DNA of 43,118 nucleotides from a virus (Duplodnaviria > Heunggongvirae > Uroviricota > Caudoviricetes): IMG/VR virus record IMGVR_UViG_2541047857_000011, one strand, 5' to 3'. A program made the position numbers and the translations under genes. The notes under the pieces were generated by a model that was given only the letters and a program-made list of their open reading frames with translations, was not told the DNA's origin and did no database searches. Position 1 is the first letter of the stretch. Each line of letters opens with the position of its first letter. Shown here in pieces: positions 36,685 through 43,118 of the stretch.

Positions 36685-38226
36685 TCAGTGGTAATACTCA
36701 CTGCCGCGTACGTTTTCGTGTTCCATCGTGGATAACAGATCTGGTTTTGGATCCTGAACAGGTTGTTTATCCAGACCTTTTTCCAGGATCGATTTAATAC
36801 CTGACAGACGCCATACCTTTGTTTTCAGAGCTCTTGCACATGCTGCATTAAGTCTGGCTTTACTGTATTTTTTATGAAGGTTCAGGAGTCCAAGGCAGAA
36901 GCGATAGCTTTGTTCCGGATGTGGACGAGAGTTCAGTATATGAAGCACATAACTATGAGTTTCACTGCCTATGTGCCCCGCCCATTCCAGAAGACGCTCT
37001 GGCGTCCAGGTGGCATGCTGTCGATGAGCTTCAGGCATGTGCTCGTTGCGGGTACTGTAGCCATAAGTACGCTTGCGCGGGTGCACAGCAACCTCCTGCC
37101 CCTGATTGAAGAGTCTTACCAGTTCTCCGGAGATCCATGCTTCCAGTTGCTGGCCTAACAGCGAACATGGAACCGAGTAGTAATGTTTGTCGATTTCCAC
37201 GTGGTAATCGGCATGAACTCTGACTTTCTTCACCAGGGTGTAACTGTAACTGGCTTCAGGAAGAGGCTTCAGTGCGGGTTTATCAAGCTGGATGAAGAGT
37301 TCTGCACGTGAATAACCCAACTTCTGCATTATTTTGTTATTCAGTCTTTCCAGCAACTCCCGAATGCGCTGATTAAGCGATGCAAGGCTGTAGAAGATCT
37401 CATGCCTGATTCGGGCCATGATCCAGCGTTCAACAACCTGAACGCCAACTTCAGCTTTGGCTTTATCTTTCGGTTTACGTGGCCGCGCAGGCAAAACTGC
37501 GACATTATAATGCTCAAGCATCTGCTGGTAGGTAGGGTTAACGTCAGGATCATACTTACATGCCCTGGATGTGGCGCTTTTCAGATTGTCCGGAACAACA
37601 AGTTCAGGAACGCCACCCAACCACTGGAAGCAGCGAACATGACTCATCACCCAGTCTTCAAGCTGCTGAGACCAGGTGGCCTCTGCCCATGTGTAACTTG
37701 ATGCCCCGAGAACAGCTACGATGACCTGAGCAGTTCTTATTTCTCCGGTCTCAGGGTCGGTAACGCCAACGGTAGGTCCACAGTAATCAACGAAAAGTTT
37801 TTCGCCAGCTTTATGTACCTGACGCATTGATGGTGAAGTGGTTTTGAGCCATTCACGGTACATCCGGCAGTAATGGTTATAGCTGTAAAAACCGCCTGGA
37901 TTACGCTCACAGTATTCTTCCCAGAGTAGCTGCAGCGTCACGCATTTATTACGCAGTTCCCGGTGTACTGTAGCCCAGTCAGGCAGAGAGTGCTTCTTCA
38001 TCTTAACCTGGGTCTGAAGGAACGCATGTTTTAGTTTTGTATCATCCCATCCTGTAGGTAAGGGCCACTGCTTTATGCCAAGTTGAGCCGCCCGATTAGC
38101 ATATCTGGATACAACGGAAGGGGAGATTGCAAGACTACGACCAATTTGTCGATGGCTGAGTCCAACACCGTATTTAAGCCTAAGAATTTCTTTAAGTTTT
38201 CTCATAGAAATTGGAACTGTTGGCAT
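36685..38226 (-). CDS. istA: IS21-family transposase IstA
   Basis: 513 aa with an N-terminal helix-turn-helix region and a DDE-type core; paired with istB. Confidence 0.85.
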   Translation of the reverse strand: MPTVPISMRKLKEILRLKYGVGLSHRQIGRSLAISPSVVSRYANRAAQLGIKQWPLPTGWDDTKLKHAFLQTQVKMKKHSLPDWATVHRELRNKCVTLQLLWEEYCERNPGGFYSYNHYCRMYREWLKTTSPSMRQVHKAGEKLFVDYCGPTVGVTDPETGEIRTAQVIVAVLGASSYTWAEATWSQQLEDWVMSHVRCFQWLGGVPELVVPDNLKSATSRACKYDPDVNPTYQQMLEHYNVAVLPARPRKPKDKAKAEVGVQVVERWIMARIRHEIFYSLASLNQRIRELLERLNNKIMQKLGYSRAELFIQLDKPALKPLPEASYSYTLVKKVRVHADYHVEIDKHYYSVPCSLLGQQLEAWISGELVRLFNQGQEVAVHPRKRTYGYSTRNEHMPEAHRQHATWTPERLLEWAGHIGSETHSYVLHILNSRPHPEQSYRFCLGLLNLHKKYSKARLNAACARALKTKVWRLSGIKSILEKGLDKQPVQDPKPDLLSTMEHENVRGSEYYH

Positions 38227-38419
38227 AGGTATCCTTTACCGGAATGGCAAAAGATACAGATCAACACACCTGTGAAGTTCCAATAACATTGATGGAGATC
38301 ACTGAATAACAAAATGAGTCAAAAGTGATCTCCATCGATGTTATTCAGCGATCTGTTCAAATGTTATTACCCGATCTCGATGGAAGTTATTGAGTGATCT
38401 CCTTTCATGAAAATACGCA

Positions 38420-38798
38420 GACGCGCATAATGGTCACGCTCTGCCAGAAACAGCAACGACGCGTCGGTGTTCATTTCATGGCGCTGATTCACACGCTCAA
38501 TGCGCGGCCATAAACGACGCTGAAAAGTGGATGTGAGGAAATAAAACCCGTGCACCGGGCTTTTATTGCGCCGGATGTAGTCATAGCGTGAAGTAAACAG
38601 CGAGCGCAAAAAGTAAGGCAGGCGATTAATCGTGGATAAAACACCTTGCACCTGACGCATCTCGTCACGTGTAAGGGGTCTTTCGCGCCCGACGGCCTCG
38701 CGTGGCGCATTCCATGCATAAGCACCGGTAAACGTCTCACCGGTGCCTGCGGCAAATGCTGACGGAGGGACAAAACGCCCGGAGGCTTTAACGGCCAT
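38420..38798 (-). pseudogene. A: P2 gpA replication initiation protein, N-terminal ~126 codons (5' fragment upstream of the IS)
   Basis: MAVKASGRFVPPSAFAAGTGETFTGAYAWNAPREAVGRERPLTRDEM... up to ...LAERDHYARL, then the frame runs into the IS end. Confidence 0.85.
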
Positions 38799-39063
38799 AT
38801 GAGCCAAAAGCCTCTGAACAACGCCTGCTGAGTTGCTCAACCTGCGCGTTTAAATCAGCGAAAGACTTTGCGCTTCCGGTCAGAATATCGTGATGCATCA
38901 GGCCGGAAACGAGCTGGCTTAATTTCGGGTAATAACCAACCACTGCCAGCCATTCCTGACCGGCGTTTTTACCGCTTTCCGCTCTCTTTTTCTCGTGGAG
39001 AATAAACTGAAAGCTGTCACTGGTAACGACATAACGTTCGCCAATTTCAATACGAATACTCAT
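38788..39063 (-). CDS. P2 early-region small protein (orf83-class), 91 aa
   Basis: Position directly upstream of A in the early operon; overlaps neighbouring genes by a few bases. Confidence 0.6.
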   Translation of the reverse strand: MSIRIEIGERYVVTSDSFQFILHEKKRAESGKNAGQEWLAVVGYYPKLSQLVSGLMHHDILTGSAKSFADLNAQVEQLSRRCSEAFGSYGR

Positions 39064-39284
39064 GCCGTTCTCCGGTAATGTTTGTTTTTTGCTTCAAAGA
39101 CTGACTGACAGGAAACACAACGCGTGGCTGACGGATAAGCCGCACGACGGGCAGCAGGTATTGGCGCGTCACACTCTTCGCAAACCAGCGCAGAAGCACC
39201 GCAATGTTTTACCCTTGCCGCGTTAATCTGGCGCTCCAGTAATTCAGCCTGTTGTTCCTGAATAAAATCTACGTTGTCCGGCAT
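39060..39284 (-). CDS. DksA/TraR-type C4 zinc-finger protein (P2 orf82-class), 74 aa
   Basis: CEECDAPIP...RCVSCQ (CxxC-x17-CxxC) pattern. Confidence 0.65.
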   Translation of the reverse strand: MPDNVDFIQEQQAELLERQINAARVKHCGASALVCEECDAPIPAARRAAYPSATRCVSCQSVFEAKNKHYRRTA

Positions 39285-39286
39285 TA

Positions 39287-39589
39287 TCAGCTCCTTTTAT
39301 CGTTAAGTTTCCTGGATACATCAGCGCAATAACTGGCAAGTTCTGTCGTTAATTTTGTCAGTTCATCCACGGAGGAAATTTGCTTGTGGAATACAGCGCG
39401 TTTAACAAGTAAATTGACCACATCAGACAGGAGGTTTAATTCATTCTGATAAATCGCGATAACAGATTCAGTTATGTCGCGTTTTTCTTTATCAAGACAA
39501 AGTTGAATAAGAGACAAATCACCATTTTCCATAACGGCGATTTTTAAGGCGTTATTCAGTAATACAACTGAATGAGAACAGGACATCAA
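39287..39589 (-). CDS. P2 early-region small protein, 100 aa
   Basis: Co-oriented, tightly packed ORF in the early operon between B and A. Confidence 0.55.
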   Translation of the reverse strand: MMSCSHSVVLLNNALKIAVMENGDLSLIQLCLDKEKRDITESVIAIYQNELNLLSDVVNLLVKRAVFHKQISSVDELTKLTTELASYCADVSRKLNDKRS

Positions 39590-39843
39590 AGTACCTCCCC
39601 GCGAGACAATCCGATATTGTGAAATTTTTCCGACTCCTGACTGAGCAGCTCGACTATCTCCACGCGGGATAACTCCGCCTTTGTGATGTGGCGAATCATG
39701 GCGTCAAGATGAGAAGAAAAGCGCGTCGCCGCGTCGGCCTGTGCTTCGGTTCTGGTCTGTTGCAGCAGTAATGCGTATTTACCGCACTGATTTTCAGAAA
39801 CTGTATGCATGACTTTCTCCAGGCAAAAAGAAGCCCCGCACAA
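39586..39843 (-). CDS. P2 early-region small protein, 85 aa
   Basis: Co-oriented ORF overlapping the next gene by 4 nt. Confidence 0.55.
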   Translation of the reverse strand: MCGASFCLEKVMHTVSENQCGKYALLLQQTRTEAQADAATRFSSHLDAMIRHITKAELSRVEIVELLSQESEKFHNIGLSRGEVL

Positions 39844-39873
39844 TTAAGTGCGTTAGAAACTCTGGTTACTTAC

Positions 39874-40374
39874 TTAATGCAGATATTGCTCTGGTTTTAC
39901 CGATGTCAGAATTGTCGGTGCATACTCAAACAGGCTGAACAATTCACGTAATGCACGGAATAAAGCATCACGCCAGTAACATGATTCTTCATTAATGCGC
40001 CAGTACGGCTGATTGAATTCTTTTTCTGTCAATCCCGCATGCATAAATAAAGTACGACGCTGACTGACTGTTAAAAAACTAATATATGCATACTCACTTG
40101 CACCGACCTGACGGCGTTTTGAGAATGCCCCACGCAGTTCATCAATTGCACAAACCAGCCGTTCACGTTCGACGTCGTTCATTTCTTCAAAACGCATCGT
40201 TGCGTGACGTTGTTTTAACTGCGCATGAAAGCAAACCGTTAGCCGTTCGCGCTCCATCATCTGATTATAATAATCACATGTCTCCTGCCAGCGAGGGACG
40301 GCAAGATGCTTGCCAATTATCCGGCGCATAGCTGCTGGCTGTTTTTCGACGAGATTGAGCGTCATCACTGTCAT
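39874..40374 (-). CDS. B: Replication protein gpB (helicase loader-like)
   Basis: 166 aa, same size and position as P2 B, downstream of cox. Confidence 0.8.
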   Translation of the reverse strand: MTVMTLNLVEKQPAAMRRIIGKHLAVPRWQETCDYYNQMMERERLTVCFHAQLKQRHATMRFEEMNDVERERLVCAIDELRGAFSKRRQVGASEYAYISFLTVSQRRTLFMHAGLTEKEFNQPYWRINEESCYWRDALFRALRELFSLFEYAPTILTSVKPEQYLH

Positions 40375-40565
40375 TTCCAGACCCTCCGGCTTTTCAGAAA
40401 GGTCAGAGCCTTCTTTAACGGACTCTGTTTTTTGGTGCGGATAATGATTCCCTTACGCCCCTTACCGTGGGTGATGGTGAAGTCAATCGCCCTGGGGCTT
40501 TCGTTACGCAATAACTGAGCAATACAACGAGGCTCGTTCATACGGTTCTCCTTAACGTGGTTCAC
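40371..40565 (-). CDS. P2 early-region small basic protein (orf78-class), 64 aa
   Basis: Small ORF between cox and B, overlapping both. Confidence 0.5.
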   Translation of the reverse strand: MNHVKENRMNEPRCIAQLLRNESPRAIDFTITHGKGRKGIIIRTKKQSPLKKALTFLKSRRVWK

Positions 40566-40827
40566 CGAGACCTAACCACATCAACCAGCCGTCACGAATC
40601 TCTTTAGGGCGGCTTTCATAAGCCAGTTTTAGTCCGTTATTCCATGCCGGAAGGTATACCCAATATTCACCTGCACGACCTGAAGCTGATTGTGGATCGG
40701 TCATATCAATTACAGGCAGCTTTCCTTTATCGATCATCCGACGAACCGCTCCTGTCGATTTTCCTATTAGTTTTGCGAACTCCTGATAAGGAATCGCATC
40801 AGTCATGAGTGTTACTTGCTTGCTCAT
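40552..40827 (-). CDS. cox: Cox excisionase / early transcriptional repressor
   Basis: 91 aa starting MSKQVTLMTDAIPYQEFAKLIGKSTGAVRRMIDKGKLPV, matching P2 Cox; divergent from C. Confidence 0.85.
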   Translation of the reverse strand: MSKQVTLMTDAIPYQEFAKLIGKSTGAVRRMIDKGKLPVIDMTDPQSASGRAGEYWVYLPAWNNGLKLAYESRPKEIRDGWLMWLGLGEPR

Positions 40828-40908
40828 GTCGTCCCCCAGCCCTCATGAATTGCGTTTAATGCCTTATAATGCCTTTTAGTGCCCACATCCAAGCACTAAA
40901 CAATCTAC

Positions 40909-40938
40909 ATCTAAACCAAATACTATTGAGATCTAAAC
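40909..40938 (+). promoter_or_regulatory. Immunity operator: two direct ATCTAAAC repeats 22 bp apart in the cox-C divergent promoter region
   Basis: ATCTAAAC at 40909-40916 and 40931-40938; P2 C repressor binds direct repeats spaced two helical turns apart, flanking the early promoter. Confidence 0.6.
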
Positions 40939-40941
40939 ACC

Positions 40942-41241
40942 ATGTCAAACACGATAAGCGAGAAGATAGTCTTAATGCGAAAATCAGAGTATTTGAGCAG
41001 ACAACAACTTGCTGATTTAACAGGGGTTCCGTATGGCACGCTGAGTTACTATGAAAGTGGTCGTTCAACACCTCCAACAGATGTCATGATGAACATCCTG
41101 CAGACCCCACAATTCACCAAATACACTTTATGGTTCATGACCAATCAGGTCGCTCCTGAGTCCGGGCAAATTGCGCCCGCTCTCGCACACTTTGGGCAAA
41201 ACGAAACAACGTCGCCCCACTCCGGTCAAAAGACTGGTTAA
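40942..41241 (+). CDS. C: Immunity repressor C
   Basis: 99 aa, MSNTISEKIVLMRKSEYLSRQQLADLTGVPYGTLSYYESGRSTPP, HTH-containing; position between cox and int. Confidence 0.85.
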   Translation: MSNTISEKIVLMRKSEYLSRQQLADLTGVPYGTLSYYESGRSTPPTDVMMNILQTPQFTKYTLWFMTNQVAPESGQIAPALAHFGQNETTSPHSGQKTG

Positions 41242-41356
41242 CAATTCATCGTGAATATATTCATCACAAGTGCCTACTATTGGTGGCTAAATTTCAGCCA
41301 CCACGAAAAAAGCGATTAGTAGTCGCAAAAAAACACACCACTCGGAGGGTTTTCTG

Positions 41357-42366
41357 ATGGCAATCAAAAAACTCGATGATGGTCGATATGAAGTGGACAT
41401 CCGCCCTACTGGACGTAATGGAAAACGCATCCGTAGGAAGTTTGATAAGAAAAGCGAAGCTGTCGCTTTCGAGAAATACACGTTGTACAACCACCACAAT
41501 AAAGAATGGCTATCAAAACCAACAGACAAGCGACGTCTGTCGGAGCTGACACAGATCTGGTGGGATTTAAAGGGTAAACACGAAGAGCATGGGAAATCTA
41601 ATCTTGGAAAAATTGAAATCTTCACAAAAATAACGAATAACCCATGCGCATTTCAAATTACGAAATCGCTTATCAGCCAGTACTGCGCCACCCGAAGAAG
41701 TCAGGGTATTAAACCTTCGAGTATCAATCGTGATTTAACATGTATTAGCGGCATGTTTACAGCCCTGATTGAAGCGGAGTTATTCTTTGGTGAGCACCCT
41801 ATCAGAGGGACAAAAAGGCTTAAGGAGGAAAAACCAGACACAGGCTATCTCACGCAGGAAGAAATTGCCTTACTGCTTGCTGCTCTTGACGGCGACAACA
41901 AAAAGATTGCGATTCTTTGCCTGAGTACTGGAGCACGTTGGGGAGAAGCAGCTCGTTTGAAAGCAGAAAATATCATCCATAACCGCGTCACGTTTGTTAA
42001 AACGAAAACAAACCACGCACCGTCCCGATCTCAGAGGCTGTTGCCAAAATGATCGCGGATAACAAACGAGGTTTTTTATTCCCTGATGCTGATTACCCTC
42101 GCTTCAGACGAACAATGAAAGCAATAAAACCGGATTTGCCAATGGGGCAAGCCACACATGCACTAAGGCACAGCTTTGCCACTCATTTCATGATTAATGG
42201 AGGAAGTATTATCACGCTACAACGGATACTAGGTCACACGCGGATTGAGCAAACTATGGTTTACGCTCATTTTGCGCCAGAGTACCTTCAGGACGCCATT
42301 TCTCTTAATCCGCTAAGAGGTGGTACTGAGGCCGAGAGTGTCCACACAGTGTCCACAGTAGAGTAA
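41357..42366 (+). pseudogene. int: P2-type tyrosine integrase, frameshifted (two overlapping ORFs of 231 and 105 codons)
   Basis: N-terminal ORF ends ...VTFVKTKTNHAPSRSQRLLPK. The next frame encodes ...PRTVPISEAVAKMIADNKRGFLF...HALRHSFATH...LGHTRIEQTMVYAH (box II). The frames join if one base is restored near 42014. Confidence 0.75.
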
Positions 42367-42445
42367 CGTTTAAGGGCTTTCAGTGGTAATTTATGCCGCT
42401 CAAACCCGCATTGTACCGTTGAAAGCCCCTACTGGTGACACCCTA

Positions 42446-42473
42446 AATCTCCCTTACACGGGCTTATTTTTTA
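42446..42473. repeat. Prophage att core, int-proximal copy
   Basis: Exact 28-bp repeat of 6044-6071. Confidence 0.85.
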
Positions 42474-42800
42474 TGCATAAGCCCTATCCCTGGTCACCGT
42501 CTTCCATTGACCACATCGATAGAATCCTCCTTCATAGCACGATGCTTTTCACTTATCGACATCGTGCTCGCACAGGTTCCGGTTACGCACAGCCAGAACG
42601 CGCATGTTTGACGCTTACCAAAAAATGAACCTAAAGCATTGGAACATTTTTGACATCATTTTCTGATGGCTGCATAAAATAAAAATTCTGCTTTAGTTTC
42701 ATCTATCTGTTTGTCATTATTACTCACATTCAATAATGGTGTTGAAGAATATCCCATCACAGATAAAATAAATATGTGCATGGTAGTCTTGAATCTATTC

Positions 42801-43118
42801 TCACTCTCCACATTTGAATGTCAGACGAGCGACGCCATGTAATCCTGCACCTTCTGTCTTCAGGTCAACTATCTGCATTTTTTTGCCCTGAGTAACACAG
42901 AAATGAACTGCATCATTTTTTACTATATTTTCTGCACCAGATATTCTACCCCTGGCTAAAGAAGCTTCGGCTTCGGTGTAGTATTGGTTATCGAGTTTAC
43001 GCTGAATATTACTTTTATATGCAAGACCAAATTTACCGATACTTGTCTCATCATTATGTACAGCACACCCAGACATAAGAAAAACACTAATTAATGATAT
43101 AGCAGCTATCTTTTTCAT
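42801..43118 (-). CDS. yegR: Lipoprotein-like small protein (YegR-like), 105 aa
   Basis: MKKIAAISLISVFLMSGC signal peptide with lipobox; conserved position downstream of the cyaR/ogr prophage site. Identity inferred from size and synteny. Confidence 0.6.
   Translation of the reverse strand: MKKIAAISLISVFLMSGCAVHNDETSIGKFGLAYKSNIQRKLDNQYYTEAEASLARGRISGAENIVKNDAVHFCVTQGKKMQIVDLKTEGAGLHGVARLTFKCGE

Larger units (their letters stand above)
35839..38419 (-). mobile_element. IS21-family insertion sequence (istA-istB), 2581 bp, with 8-bp target site duplication GACGCGCA
   Basis: Element begins TGCGTATT and ends AATACGCA, with imperfect terminal inverted repeats and several internal repeats at the istA-proximal end. 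Flanked by GACGCGCA at 35831-35838 and 38420-38427. Removing the element and one duplication copy restores the gpA frame (HYARLPGMND). Confidence 0.85.
6044..42473. mobile_element. P2-like prophage (~36.4 kb) integrated at the cyaR 3' end; probably defective
   Basis: Bounded by identical 28-bp cores; full P2 gene order from ogr to int; cos sequence present; gene A split by an IS and int frameshifted. Confidence 0.9.

Noticed and set aside
38280-38410. Cluster of short direct and inverted repeats (GATGGAGATC, GTTATT...GATCTC motifs) that might look like a CRISPR-like or regulatory array
   Set aside because: They lie at the istA-proximal terminus of the IS21-family element; multiple terminal repeats are characteristic of IS21 ends. 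No spacer-repeat periodicity and no cas genes are present.
42383-42628. 81-aa plus-strand ORF spanning the int-proximal att core
   Set aside because: Reads through the att core and the putative ogr-like remnant; no RBS; translation is low-complexity. Better explained as non-coding junction or scar DNA.

Overview
E. coli-like chromosomal segment. Left to right: an AT-rich three-gene operon of unknown function (1-4050, minus strand); yegQ (4538-5899); the sRNA gene cyaR (5984-6070); then a ~36.4 kb P2-like prophage inserted at the cyaR 3' end, bounded by 28-bp direct att-core repeats (6044-6071 and 42446-42473); then yegR at the window edge. The prophage has the complete P2 gene order (ogr, D-U-T-E-FII-FI, G-H-I-J-W-V, S-R-lysis-K-Y-X-L-M-N-O, P-Q, cos, A, B, cox, C, int) but looks defective: an IS21-family element with an 8-bp target duplication splits replication gene A, and int is frameshifted. 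Three AT-rich cargo insertions sit at P2 variable loci. (1) Between FI and G: a small membrane protein, a FimB/FimE-sized tyrosine recombinase and a 280-aa unknown protein, bracketed by three copies of a CTGACAGTCTG-core site (two direct, one inverted). This is the most unusual structure in the window and a candidate invertible or excisable accessory module. (2) Between V and S: a RelA/SpoT-type fused toxSAS (CapRel-like) gene on the opposite strand with its own promoter. (3) Between cos and A, at the tin/old position: a ~610-aa protein with a C-terminal Rx4HG (HEPN-like) motif. No rRNA, tRNA or CRISPR array was found. All calls are from reading the sequence and ORF track, without database searches.
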